Assembly (NCBI GenBank): GCA_947449035.1
Contig: CANFQC010000008.1
Coordinates: forward strand, 4,617-68,616
Source of the DNA: Actinomycetota bacterium
Lineage (GTDB): Bacteria > Actinomycetota > Actinomycetes > S36-B12
Direction: 5' to 3'
DNA: 64,000 nt
The position numbers were made by a program, and so were the translations under genes. A model generated the notes under the pieces. It made no database searches, was not told the DNA's origin, and saw nothing but the letters and a program-made list of their open reading frames with translations. Position 1 is the first letter of the stretch, and every line of letters begins with the position of its first letter. Positions 1-11,215 of the stretch are shown here, piece after piece.

Positions 1-2
1 AG

Positions 3-194
3 GACTCTGTCACCTGCGTGGTGCAGATCCAGGGCAAGGTGCGCGATCGACTCGAGGTCTCACCCGACATCAGCGAGGCTGATCTGCGTGCGCAGGCTCT
101 AGCTCTGCCAGGCGTGGTGGCAGCACTCGAGGGTCGCGGTCTCAAGACCGTCATCGTGCGGGCACCCAAGCTCGTCAACATCGTCCCGGAGTAG
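3..194 (+). CDS. leuS: leucine--tRNA ligase, C-terminal end (partial)
   Basis: Manual translation [22 protein letters not shown]...[14 protein letters not shown] matches the LeuRS C-terminal domain (VQ.GK.R, LVNIV); it precedes the degV-comEA block as in other Actinomycetota. Confidence 0.93.
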   Translation, partial: DSVTCVVQIQGKVRDRLEVSPDISEADLRAQALALPGVVAALEGRGLKTVIVRAPKLVNIVPE

Positions 195-197
195 CGC

Positions 198-1433
198 GTG
201 AGCGTCTCGATCACTGCCGATCAGGCGCGACGCATAGCGCTCTGGCGACAGGGGTTACTCGGCACGCCGCCGAAGCCGGGTAAACCGGCCGTGCAGGAAC
301 AACGGGTGCACGACATGGTGCGCTCACTCGGTGCAGTGCAACTCGACACCATCTCCGTCCTGGCGCGCACCCATGAGCTGGTGGCTTATGCCAGATTCGG
401 TGCCATTGAGCGCAGGTCGATCGAGGCCGCGTATTGGAACGGTAATTCGAGCTTCGAGTACTGGTCCCATGCGGCGTGCATCCTTCCCGTGGAGTCATGG
501 CCGCTCTTTGCCTTCCGCCGTCGCCACTACGCGAGGCGGGGAATCCGTTGGCACGAGGTGACACAGAAGTCAGTTGACGCCGTGCTCGCGCGACTGCGCA
601 GTGATGGGCAGCTGACTACCAAGGACATCGGGGGAGCGAAGGCCTCCGGTTACTGGTGGGACTGGTCTGATTCGAAGATCGCAATGGAGTACCTGCTCGA
701 TATCGGAGAGGTGGTATGCACCTCCCGCGTCGGATGGCGCCGCGTATACGACCTCGCGGAGCGGGTGATTCCCACAGGTTTGCGCACTAAGCGCGGCTGG
801 TCTGATGCCGACGGCATCATTGGGCCGTCCGATGAGGAATGCACTCATGCGCTCATACGTGCCGGTGCAGATGTGATGGGTGTCGGCACAGCAGATGACA
901 TCGCCGACGTGCATCGAATCTCGAAGGTCGACGTACGAAAATTTGCCGTTGAACTCGGCCTGGTGCCGGTAACAGTGCGCGGCTGGAGTGATCCTGCCTG
1001 GGCAACTGTTGAGGCGCTCGAATGGCTGGGAAGTGGGAGTCGTGCGAAGTCGCGCACGACTTTGCTCTCGCCCTTCGATTCGATCATCTGGCACCGGCCG
1101 CGAACTCAGCGGCTCTTCGGAATGCACCATCGACTCGAGGCATACACGCCCGCACCGAAGCGGGTTCATGGTTACTTCGCGATGCCTGTGCTGCACCGTG
1201 GTGATCTTGTCGCCCGCGTCGATCCGAAGCGTGAGGGAAGCGTGCTCGTTGCTTCGCGAGTGACCTTGGAGGAAGGCCCGGTCGGTACGGCCGCCGAGGG
1301 TGTCGCACTCGCATTGCTTGAGGCCGCCAGGTGGGTGGGGTGCGAAGACATCCGCATTGATGAGGTGATTCCCGCCTCAGCGGCGCGCAAGGTTCGTGCT
1401 GCATTGAAGGATGCCCGTAGGCTCGCATCGTGA
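198..1433 (+). CDS. YcaQ/AlkZ-family (HTH_42) crosslink-repair DNA glycosylase
   Basis: VQLDTISVLARTHEL (QxD motif), FEYW, LLSPFDSIIW, YTPAPKRVHGYF. Confidence 0.88.
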   Translation: MSVSITADQARRIALWRQGLLGTPPKPGKPAVQEQRVHDMVRSLGAVQLDTISVLARTHELVAYARFGAIERRSIEAAYWNGNSSFEYWSHAACILPVESWPLFAFRRRHYARRGIRWHEVTQKSVDAVLARLRSDGQLTTKDIGGAKASGYWWDWSDSKIAMEYLLDIGEVVCTSRVGWRRVYDLAERVIPTGLRTKRGWSDADGIIGPSDEECTHALIRAGADVMGVGTADDIADVHRISKVDVRKFAVELGLVPVTVRGWSDPAWATVEALEWLGSGSRAKSRTTLLSPFDSIIWHRPRTQRLFGMHHRLEAYTPAPKRVHGYFAMPVLHRGDLVARVDPKREGSVLVASRVTLEEGPVGTAAEGVALALLEAARWVGCEDIRIDEVIPASAARKVRAALKDARRLAS

Positions 1434-2281
1434 GCTCGAGAGTCGCTGTCGTCACCGACTCCACCTCCTACCTGCCTCGCGGGTGGGCGGGAGATCTCGG
1501 CATTGCGGTAGTGCCTGTTCAGGTCATTGTCGGCGGTCAGCCGCTGGACGAGACAAATGACGACCAGGCGCAGCAGGTCGCCAATGCACTCACCTCATTG
1601 CTGCCCGTATCAACATCCCGCCCTTCCCCGGAGAGATTCCTCCAGGCTTTTCGCGCTGCGCAGGCTGCCGGCGCAAGCGACATCGTCGTGGCTACCTTGT
1701 CTTCGGCAATGTCTGCGACGTATGAGTCAGCGCTTCTTGCTGCGCGCGACGCCGCCATACCTGTCACTGTCATTGACAGTGGGAGCATCGCCATGGGTCT
1801 GGGCTTCGCGGTTACGAGGGGTGCCGAGGCAGCGCACGCGGGGGTGAATTCTGCTGAGGTTGCACGCATCATTGAATTGTCAGCCCGTTCGGCGCGCGTC
1901 TTCTTCTATGTCGACACACTCGAATACTTACGTCGTGGTGGTCGAGTGAGCTCGGCGAAAGCCGCTATGGGTCAGGCTCTGCAGGTGAAGCCACTTCTTC
2001 ATGTGGATCATGGTCGCGTCGAGCCGCTGGAAAGAGTTCGCACCGCTGGTAAGGCACTTGCCCGGCTCGCCGAGCTCGCAGTCATGGAGGCCGGTAGTAG
2101 TACCTGCGATATTGCCGTCCAGCATCTCGGTGCCACGGATCGCGCCTCAGCCCTCGCGAAGCAGTTACGTTCCGAACTTCCGGCCTGCGAGATTGTCGAA
2201 TGCCCGGTGGGTGGAGTCGTAGGTGCGCATGTCGGGCCTGGCATGGTCGCCGTCGTTGTCTCGCCGAGAGTGAATCAGTGA
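1430..2281 (+). CDS. DegV/FakB-family fatty-acid-binding protein
   Basis: VVTDST, TSRPS, SSAMSATY, DTLEYLRRGGR, HVGPG motifs. Confidence 0.93.
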   Translation: MSSRVAVVTDSTSYLPRGWAGDLGIAVVPVQVIVGGQPLDETNDDQAQQVANALTSLLPVSTSRPSPERFLQAFRAAQAAGASDIVVATLSSAMSATYESALLAARDAAIPVTVIDSGSIAMGLGFAVTRGAEAAHAGVNSAEVARIIELSARSARVFFYVDTLEYLRRGGRVSSAKAAMGQALQVKPLLHVDHGRVEPLERVRTAGKALARLAELAVMEAGSSTCDIAVQHLGATDRASALAKQLRSELPACEIVECPVGGVVGAHVGPGMVAVVVSPRVNQ

Positions 2282-2868
2282 TGACTCCGCTGATGTGGTG
2301 GCTGCTGGCAGCTCCGGCGAGTTATCTGCTCGGCTCGGTGAACCCTGCAGCCTGGATCGCGCGAGTGCTCGGTGTCGATATTCGCACGGTGGGTTCAGGC
2401 AATCCGGGTGCAACAAATGTTGGTCGGGCCCTTGGCCCGCGTTGGGCAGTGCTCGTCGGCGCAATCGACATTCTCAAGGGCTTCCTGCCCGCATTGATCT
2501 TCGGAATTCTCGGCGGTGAGGTAGCGGGCGAAATCGCAGGCCTGGCAGCAGTGCTTGGTCATGTCACCTCGCCCTGGCTTCATGGCCACGGGGGCAAGGG
2601 CGTGGCCACCACCTTGGGCGCGATCCTCGGCGTTCAGCCCTGGCTGGCAATACCGGTGTTGATCGTGTTCTTCATCGGTGTGAAAGTTTTCCATCGCGTG
2701 GGCCTTGGCGCTGTCATGGCGGCGGTGGCCCTAGCCGTGAGCGGCATTGTCGGCGGCATCGCCGGGTGGTTCGATCCGTCAGACGTCGTGTTCTCTGTCG
2801 TGCTCGCAGGCCTTGTGCTCTGGCGCCATCAGCGCAATATTCGTGCAGCGGTCGCTGCACGCTTCTAG
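2281..2868 (+). CDS. plsY: glycerol-3-phosphate acyltransferase PlsY
   Basis: [32 protein letters not shown] motifs; ATG at 2281 overlaps the degV stop (TGATG). Confidence 0.93.
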   Translation: MTPLMWWLLAAPASYLLGSVNPAAWIARVLGVDIRTVGSGNPGATNVGRALGPRWAVLVGAIDILKGFLPALIFGILGGEVAGEIAGLAAVLGHVTSPWLHGHGGKGVATTLGAILGVQPWLAIPVLIVFFIGVKVFHRVGLGAVMAAVALAVSGIVGGIAGWFDPSDVVFSVVLAGLVLWRHQRNIRAAVAARF

Positions 2869-2946
2869 ATTTCCACACGGTGTCAGGTCGTCCACAGGTT
2901 TCGTGACGGCCCTCATCCACGGTCACGTGCTGCCTAACGTGACCAG
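2869..2946 (+). promoter_or_regulatory. comEA promoter region: -10 TAACGT, inverted repeat GGTCACGT-N8-ACGTGACC and three TCCAC boxes
   Basis: TAACGT 2935-2940 lies 6 nt before GTG 2947; perfect 8-bp inverted repeat 2921-2944; ATTTCCACA, TCGTCCACA and TCATCCACG upstream. Confidence 0.55.
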
Positions 2947-3639
2947 GTGAACATCGGACGTCAGCAGACTCAGGCCGTGCGGTCCGATGTAGAAGAGCGT
3001 CTTCGTCGGCTGGCTGCAGGCTGGACTCCAACTCCGGCGACCCCACTCGACCTGCAGCCCCCACGTGAGCCAGTCCCTCCGCTGAGCACCGGCCACTGGA
3101 GTCGTCGATCCTGGCGGGCCTTCGTTCTGCTGCTCACTGCGGTGGCACTCGTCGCTGGCTGGCTGTGGTGGCAGGGACAACCACGTGGTGTGACGGCCAT
3201 CCCGGGCGCCGTGGCAACTGGTGCCACAGCAGCAGCGCCGTCCGGCGAGGTAACCGTGCACGTGGCCGGTGCCGTCAGGCATCCCGGGCTGGTCCGACTC
3301 GTGGCAGGTGCACGGGTGGCTGATGCGATCGAGAAGGCCGGAGGAGCGAAGTCACCGCGGTTTCTCGACAGTGTGAACCTGGCACGAGTTCTCGTCGATG
3401 GTGAGCAGATCGTTCTTGGTGCAAAAGCCAGTGGCTCGACCACGAGCGGCAAGCTCAGCCTCGGCGCGGCAACCGCGGCCGAACTGGAACAACTACCCGG
3501 GGTTGGCCCTGTGCTCGCCCAGCGCATCGTGTCGTGGCGCGCTGACCACGGTCCATTTCACGCAGTCGACGATCTCAATGACGTGTCAGGGGTGGGTGAC
3601 TCGCTCATGGATCAGCTTCGCCCGTTGGTCATTCCCTGA
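2947..3639 (+). CDS. comEA: competence DNA receptor ComEA
   Basis: TM helix, SLBB domain (VHVAGAVRHPG...RVADAI...NLARVLVDGEQI) and HhH motif (LPGVGPVLAQRI). Confidence 0.93.
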   Translation: MNIGRQQTQAVRSDVEERLRRLAAGWTPTPATPLDLQPPREPVPPLSTGHWSRRSWRAFVLLLTAVALVAGWLWWQGQPRGVTAIPGAVATGATAAAPSGEVTVHVAGAVRHPGLVRLVAGARVADAIEKAGGAKSPRFLDSVNLARVLVDGEQIVLGAKASGSTTSGKLSLGAATAAELEQLPGVGPVLAQRIVSWRADHGPFHAVDDLNDVSGVGDSLMDQLRPLVIP

Positions 3640-5975
3640 TGGACGCCCGCCTGCTCGCGCCGGCCGGCGCGGCGTGGGCTTCGGCGGCTGCTGTGCTGTA
3701 TCTCTGCTCCACTGCGCCGCAATTCGTCCTCATTGTTGTGCTGCTCTCCGTCCTTATCGCGGTGGTGGCCATCGCCACGCGAGGCCGAGGCGCTCTCCGT
3801 GCCATCGCTCTCGCGTGCGCTTTCGGTGCACTCCTCGCGGCAATTCACGTTCAGGCTCGGCACAGCGGTTCACTCGAGCATTGGGACAACACTCATGCAC
3901 TCGTCGATGTGCATGCGGTTGTTACCGGTGATCCCGTACATCGCACGTCTGCGACTACACCCGTCTGGTTGCCTGCGAATTCGACTAGCGTGTCAGTGCG
4001 CGTCACGGCCATCACCGACAATGACTCGTCGATAAGCCTCAGCGCACCGATGGTGCTGCAATTGAGTGAGGGTCAAGGCGTGCCGCCGGTCGGTTCAACA
4101 ATCGTCGTGCGCATCAGGCTCGCACCCGCGCCCTGGAATCGCGATCTTGCGGCCTATGCGCGTCAATCGGGGGCACTGACTGTTGTAGGCGAACCAGGCC
4201 CCGTGAACCGCGTGGCGAATGCCATGCGTGCGGGTTTGCGTCAGTCAACCCGAGGGCTCAGTCCCGATGTCGGCTCACTCGTTACTGGCCTCGCGGTCGG
4301 CGATGTGTCGCAGCAACCGCCGGAACTCGATGCCGCAATGCGCGCATCGGGGCTCACTCACCTCACCGCGGTATCGGGCGGAAACGTGGCCATTGTGATC
4401 GCAGCGGTGCTGCTCGCCACATCGCGATTTCGGATCCGTCGACGATCTCGAGTGATCATTGCCATGGGTGCCCTCGTCTTCTTCGTGATCTTGGTGCGAC
4501 CGCAGCCGAGTGTGATCCGTGCGGCGGTGATGTGCGCACTCGTGATCCTGGGAATGCTCACCGGTGGCAGGCGAGCAGGGCCGGCCGTGCTGTGTGCATC
4601 GGTGCTCATTCTCATCGGGCTTGAGCCTGGGCTCGCAGTCTCCTGGGGCTTTGCTCTCTCCGTGGCGGCTACTGCGGGATTGATCATCGTCTCGCCGCGC
4701 ATACAACGCATCCTCGAGCGCTCACGCTTCAGCCGTCGATGGCCGCCTGCTCTGCGTGAGGCCTTAGCTATTGCGGCTGCGGCGCAGATCGCCACTTTGC
4801 CGATCCTCGTTGCGATGGGTGCCGGACTAGGCGTGCTGTCGATCCCGGCGAACCTGCTCGCGATGCCTGCGGTAGCTCCGGTCACGATCCTCGGCCTGTT
4901 GGCCGCGCTGGTGGCCAATGTTGCAATGCCGGTCGCCACCGTGCTCAGTCACCTCGCTGCGCCATTCGCCTGGTGGATCGCCCATGTCGCAATCACGCTC
5001 AGCAGTCTGCCCATCGCGCATCTGGGTTGGCCCGCGGGTTTCGGCGGAGTTCTGCTTCTTGCCGCAGTGGCTGCCTCGCTCTGGTGCATTCGGCGCTGGT
5101 TGCGTCATCGCTGGCCGCATGGAGTCCCGTCAGAGGTCTCGCTTACGGCCCTCGCGATGTGCTGCGTGCTGATCGCGGTGCTCATTGTCGCTCCGCCGAG
5201 CAGGCGAGGCTGGCCCCCGGCGAATTGGAAGCTCGTGATGTGCGATGTCGGCCAAGGCGATGCCATAGTCCTGCATGACTCGCATGACGACGTAGTCGTC
5301 GTGGATGCAGGGCCTGACCCCGAGCTCATTGATTCGTGTCTTGCTGATCTGTCTATCTCGCGTATCGACACGGTGCTGCTCACTCACTTTCATGCCGATC
5401 ACGTCAATGGCCTGCCAGGCGTTCTGCGTGGGCGCAGTGTGCGGCAGGTCCTGGTGACCTCGATTGAGGAACCGCCGCAACAGGCGGAATTCGTGCAACG
5501 CACCCTCGCCGATGCTGGCCTTGCTGCCACGGTGGCGCATGTCGATGACCGGGGGAGTGTGGGAGCAATCAGCTGGCGGGTGCTGTGGCCGCGTCGACGT
5601 ATTGACTCTGGCTCAGTTCCGAATAACGCGAGCGTGGTGATTCTCGCTGTCGTCGACGGCGTGAGCATGCTCCTGACGGGCGATGTAGAACCCGAAGCTC
5701 AGGCGGCGATCATCGTTGCTGAAGCGGGTCTCCACGTTGACGTTATGAAGGTGCCGCATCACGGCTCGCGGTATCAAGACCCTCGGCTGCCCGCCTGGAG
5801 TCACGCCCGCGTAGCCCTGATCAGTGTGGGCGAAGGGAACACCTACGGCCATCCAGCTCCCGAGACCGTAAGCGCGTGGCAGGAGTCCGGAGCTCTGGTG
5901 GCCCGTACTGACACCGGCGGTGACCTCGCCGTGGTCGGAGGCACATCCGTGGGACTGGTCTCCCGGGCGGGGTGA
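3639..5975 (+). CDS. comEC: DNA uptake channel ComEC/Rec2
   Basis: HLTAVSGGN competence domain; MBL domain DVGQGDA, THFHADH, KVPHHGS, NTYGHP. Confidence 0.95.
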   Translation: MDARLLAPAGAAWASAAAVLYLCSTAPQFVLIVVLLSVLIAVVAIATRGRGALRAIALACAFGALLAAIHVQARHSGSLEHWDNTHALVDVHAVVTGDPVHRTSATTPVWLPANSTSVSVRVTAITDNDSSISLSAPMVLQLSEGQGVPPVGSTIVVRIRLAPAPWNRDLAAYARQSGALTVVGEPGPVNRVANAMRAGLRQSTRGLSPDVGSLVTGLAVGDVSQQPPELDAAMRASGLTHLTAVSGGNVAIVIAAVLLATSRFRIRRRSRVIIAMGALVFFVILVRPQPSVIRAAVMCALVILGMLTGGRRAGPAVLCASVLILIGLEPGLAVSWGFALSVAATAGLIIVSPRIQRILERSRFSRRWPPALREALAIAAAAQIATLPILVAMGAGLGVLSIPANLLAMPAVAPVTILGLLAALVANVAMPVATVLSHLAAPFAWWIAHVAITLSSLPIAHLGWPAGFGGVLLLAAVAASLWCIRRWLRHRWPHGVPSEVSLTALAMCCVLIAVLIVAPPSRRGWPPANWKLVMCDVGQGDAIVLHDSHDDVVVVDAGPDPELIDSCLADLSISRIDTVLLTHFHADHVNGLPGVLRGRSVRQVLVTSIEEPPQQAEFVQRTLADAGLAATVAHVDDRGSVGAISWRVLWPRRRIDSGSVPNNASVVILAVVDGVSMLLTGDVEPEAQAAIIVAEAGLHVDVMKVPHHGSRYQDPRLPAWSHARVALISVGEGNTYGHPAPETVSAWQESGALVARTDTGGDLAVVGGTSVGLVSRAG

Positions 5976-6009
5976 TCTCAGGCAGCTGCCGTGGGAGGAT
6001 GGCAGCCTC

Positions 6010-7020
6010 ATGGCCAAGGCATCCGCGCAGCCCGCTCGCGTCACCATCGCGATCGGCAACGAGCCGCTCTTCATCGAGCGCACGGTGCGCGCTGTCGCCA
6101 AGGCGGCCACGAAGGATGACCCCCAGGCACAGCGCTTTGACATCGCAGCAGGTGACGCCAATGGTGGCCTGGCAATCCGCGAAGCCTGCGCACCAACCCT
6201 GTTCGGTGACACCTCCGTTGTCATCGTCTCGGGCATCGACTCGTGCAGCGATGAGGTGGATGCCGCGCTTCGCGAGGTTGTCACTGACTTCCCCGATCAC
6301 GTCTGGCTGATCGTCACTCACCCCGGTGGAGTCAAGGGCAAGAACTTGCTCGATGCGCTCAAGAAGGCCGGTGCCGAGCAGGTCGATTGCGTGGCGCCGA
6401 AGAAGGGCAAGGACACCCTCGAGTTCCTCTCTCGTGAATTCGCTTCGCATAAGCGCACGATCACTCGTGACGGCATGGACGCCCTCTATGAGGCCCTCGG
6501 CAATGACATTCGCATGCTCTCGGCCGCTTCCTCACAGCTGTCGAGCGACGTCGTGAATGAGCCGATCACTCGTGATGATGTCGCCGCGTATTTTGAAGGC
6601 GTCGCTGAGGTCAGCGGTTTCGCGATCGCCGACGCAGTCTGGGATCGTCGATCAGTCGATGCCCTGCGCATGCTGCGCCAGGCGATGCTGAACTCCGATT
6701 CCGTTGCGGTGCCCACGGTCTCGGCCATGGCGATGGGCTTGCGTCAGGTTGTTCGCGTGGCAGGTATGCCGCCAGGTGCCTCAGAGTTCGACATCGCGAA
6801 GGAGGCCGGCGTACCGCCGTGGAAGGTGAAGACCTTGCGTCGCCAATGGTCGGGCTGGAGTGGCGACCAGCGTCGCCTCGCTGCTGCGGCTGTTGCGCTC
6901 GCAGATGCTGATGGCGCAGCCAAGGGTGGCATCGCGCAGGGAAGCAGTCTTGATCCCGAGCAAAAGCTGCTCGAGCTCGAGCGCTTGGTGATGCTCACCT
7001 CGGCTCGAAAGTCCGAGTAA
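6010..7020 (+). CDS. holA: DNA polymerase III delta subunit
   Basis: PTLFG, HPGGVKGK and PPWK motifs; comEC-holA-rpsT order. Confidence 0.9.
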   Translation: MAKASAQPARVTIAIGNEPLFIERTVRAVAKAATKDDPQAQRFDIAAGDANGGLAIREACAPTLFGDTSVVIVSGIDSCSDEVDAALREVVTDFPDHVWLIVTHPGGVKGKNLLDALKKAGAEQVDCVAPKKGKDTLEFLSREFASHKRTITRDGMDALYEALGNDIRMLSAASSQLSSDVVNEPITRDDVAAYFEGVAEVSGFAIADAVWDRRSVDALRMLRQAMLNSDSVAVPTVSAMAMGLRQVVRVAGMPPGASEFDIAKEAGVPPWKVKTLRRQWSGWSGDQRRLAAAAVALADADGAAKGGIAQGSSLDPEQKLLELERLVMLTSARKSE

Positions 7021-7035
7021 CACCGCGACAAAGCG

Positions 7036-7061
7036 AAAGGCCCCTCCGAAGAGGGGCCTTT
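7036..7061. terminator. bidirectional intrinsic terminator between holA and rpsT
   Basis: AAAGGCCCCTC-CGAA-GAGGGGCCTTT. Confidence 0.85.
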
Positions 7062-7072
7062 GGAAGTAAGGG

Positions 7073-7330
7073 CTAGAGAGACGAAGCCTGCTTCGAGATC
7101 GAAGACTTGCGGTTCGCTGCCTGGTTGGCGTGGATGACGCCCTTGCTGACGGCCTTGTCGAGTGCCTTGGTGGCATCGGCTGCGAGTGCCTTTGCATCGC
7201 TGCTGCCGGCTGCGGCGGCCTCGTGGAACTTGCGCACGGCGGTCTTGAGCGAGCTCTTGACCGACTTATTGCGAAGGCGTGCCTTCTCGTTGGTGAGAAT
7301 GCGCTTCTTCTGCGACTTGATGTTTGCCAC
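7073..7330 (-). CDS. rpsT: 30S ribosomal protein S20
   Basis: [21 protein letters not shown]...[13 protein letters not shown]. Confidence 0.98.
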   Translation of the reverse strand: MANIKSQKKRILTNEKARLRNKSVKSSLKTAVRKFHEAAAAGSSDAKALAADATKALDKAVSKGVIHANQAANRKSSISKQASSL

Positions 7331-7474
7331 GGAGCAACCTTTGTGTCTTCGGGCTCGGATGAGCCCTGGGTGGGAACTACCAGGTGTTACGGCCTCCTAG
7401 ATTAGCCGTAGGCTGGCCTCAGACCCAAATTGGCCCCCTTGGCCCCCTCGGGGGCCCCTTTCGTGAGGACATCC

Positions 7475-9313
<1,839 letters not shown>

Positions 9314-9316
9314 TTC

Positions 9317-10447
9317 GTGCCCTTCGGCATCTACGTCCACGTTCCGTTCTGCGCCAGCCGCTGCGGATACTGCGACTTCAATACCTACACGGCCACCGAG
9401 CTCGGCAATTCCGTCACTCGCGACACCTTTCATCAGGTGCTCATCGAAGAGATCCGTTATGCCCGAGGTATCGCAGGCGATCGTGAGGTCGACACGGTGT
9501 TCTTCGGTGGCGGAACCCCGACCCTGCTTGAAGCAGATGCGCTGAACGAAATCCTCGCTGTGATTCGTGAGGAGTTCGGGCTGTCAGAAGGTGCCGAGGT
9601 GACCACCGAAGCGAATCCTGATTCCGTCGATGCCACGAAACTTGGCGCGCTGCGCGAGGGCGGATTTACTCGTATCTCACTTGGCATGCAGAGCTCGGCT
9701 GCGAATGTGCTGAGGGTGCTCGAGCGCACTCATACGCCAGGCAGTAGTTCGGCGATGGCGAAGGCTGCCCGTTCGGTTGGCTTCGAGCACGTGAACCTTG
9801 ATCTCATCTATGGCACGCCTGGAGAGACCGACGACGACCTGCGTCGCTCCCTCGACGAGGTCCTCGACGCCGGCGTCGATCATGTCTCCGCTTATTCGCT
9901 GATCGTCGAGCAGGGAACACCGCTTGCGCGCAAGGTCGCGCGCGGCGAGGTCGCCGAGCCTGATGACGACGTTGCCGCCGGTCGCTACGAACTCGTCGAC
10001 GCGGTGCTGCGTGACGCAGGCTTCACCTGGTACGAGGTCTCCAACTGGGCGAAGCCAGGCGGCGAATGCCGTCACAACCTCGCGTATTGGCGAAACACCG
10101 ACTGGTGGGGAATTGGTCCGGGCGCACACAGCCACATCGCGGGGGAGCGCTGGTGGAATCACAAGCACCCAGCCACGTATGCCGAGGCGCTCGGGCAAGG
10201 CGGCTCGCCTGCCGCAGATCGTGAAGTGCTCACTCCCGAGCAGGTGCAGACCGAGTCCGTGATGCTCGGCGTGCGCCTTGCCGAAGGCCTGCCAGTTTCT
10301 TCGATCCCAGCGAGTTCACGCACCGCCGCCGCGGTTCTCGTGGGCCGTGGCCTGCTCAACGGAGAGGCCCTGTTGGCCGGCCGCATTCAGCTCACCGACT
10401 CCGGGCGCCTGCTCGCTGATGGCGTGGTGCGCGAGCTTCTCGGTTAG
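9317..10447 (+). CDS. hemW: radical SAM heme chaperone HemW
   Basis: YVHVPFCASRCGYCDF, FGGGTP, YEVSNWA, HNLAYW. Confidence 0.93.
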   Translation: MPFGIYVHVPFCASRCGYCDFNTYTATELGNSVTRDTFHQVLIEEIRYARGIAGDREVDTVFFGGGTPTLLEADALNEILAVIREEFGLSEGAEVTTEANPDSVDATKLGALREGGFTRISLGMQSSAANVLRVLERTHTPGSSSAMAKAARSVGFEHVNLDLIYGTPGETDDDLRRSLDEVLDAGVDHVSAYSLIVEQGTPLARKVARGEVAEPDDDVAAGRYELVDAVLRDAGFTWYEVSNWAKPGGECRHNLAYWRNTDWWGIGPGAHSHIAGERWWNHKHPATYAEALGQGGSPAADREVLTPEQVQTESVMLGVRLAEGLPVSSIPASSRTAAAVLVGRGLLNGEALLAGRIQLTDSGRLLADGVVRELLG

Positions 10448-10449
10448 GT

Positions 10450-10476
10450 GTACCACTGAGGCTAAAGTGGTACTCT
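10450..10476 (+). promoter_or_regulatory. TA operon operator/promoter
   Basis: Perfect inverted repeat GTACCACT-N8-AGTGGTAC (10450-10473) overlapping -10 TACTCT, which lies 6 nt before ATG 10483. Confidence 0.65.
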
Positions 10477-10482
10477 CACCTC

Positions 10483-10752
10483 ATGCCCACGACCAAGCCG
10501 CGCCTCCAGGTCACCGAGACTCCCGAGCTAACGGCCGCCCTCGATGCAGTGTGCGCCAAGGCCCCCGAAGAGCCGCGGTCACAGGTGCTCGCTCGCCTGG
10601 CGCTCGAGGGCTTTGCGGCCCGTGCGGATTCCGAGGTCGAGCGCCGAACTGCTCGACTGTTGGCGCTACATGACCTGACGACGAAGTTCGCTGATTGCTA
10701 TCCGCCCGGCTACCTCGAAGAACTCCGCAAGGACTGGGATGGCAGACCATGA
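10483..10752 (+). CDS. putative VapB-type antitoxin
   Basis: 89 aa (MPTTKPRLQVTET...YLEELRKDW); its stop overlaps the PIN gene start (ATGA). Confidence 0.75.
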   Translation: MPTTKPRLQVTETPELTAALDAVCAKAPEEPRSQVLARLALEGFAARADSEVERRTARLLALHDLTTKFADCYPPGYLEELRKDWDGRP

Positions 10753-11135
10753 TCGTCTTTGATGCGAGCGTGCTCATTGCTGCGTTGTCGCCAACCGACA
10801 CACACCACCTCGCGGCCAGGTCGCTGCTCGTGAGATGCGATCTCGATCAGGGCGGCATGGTGCACCCCATCAATCTCGCCGAGGTACTCGTCGGACCGTC
10901 ACGGCGGGGCAAGCACGTAGAAGCAGCGGAGGCTATTGCGGCCTCAGGCGTCGAGACCATGGCCGTGGATCTTCACACTCCCATTCGACTTGCTCAACTA
11001 CGTGCCGCGACCGGGCTCGCAATTCCGGACTGCTGCGCACTCGATGCCGCGATCGAAACGGGTTGCGCCATCGCGACCTTCGATGACCGCCTTGCCCGCG
11101 CCGCCACGTCTTTGGGTATCCCGCTCGCCGCGTAG
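10749..11135 (+). CDS. vapC: PIN-domain VapC toxin
   Basis: MIVFDASVLIA, NLAEVLVG, PDCCALD, ATFDDRL with the acidic PIN residues intact. Confidence 0.88.
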   Translation: MIVFDASVLIAALSPTDTHHLAARSLLVRCDLDQGGMVHPINLAEVLVGPSRRGKHVEAAEAIAASGVETMAVDLHTPIRLAQLRAATGLAIPDCCALDAAIETGCAIATFDDRLARAATSLGIPLAA

Positions 11136-11161
11136 GCCGAATTGCCCCTGACTGCGTAGGA

Positions 11162-11188
11162 TTGGCACTCAGGATCCCCGAGTGCCAA
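11162..11188 (+). promoter_or_regulatory. CIRCE operator (HrcA binding site)
   Basis: TTGGCACTC-N9-GAGTGCCAA directly upstream of hrcA. Confidence 0.95.
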
Positions 11189-11215
11189 TGCCCGGGGTGA
11201 GTCGAGGAGGTGCCT

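Noticed and set aside
9317-10447. hemW as the maturase for the NHLP peptide
   Set aside because: It is the housekeeping lepA-hemW-hrcA gene with no RRE or SPASM domain and lies about 34 kb away.
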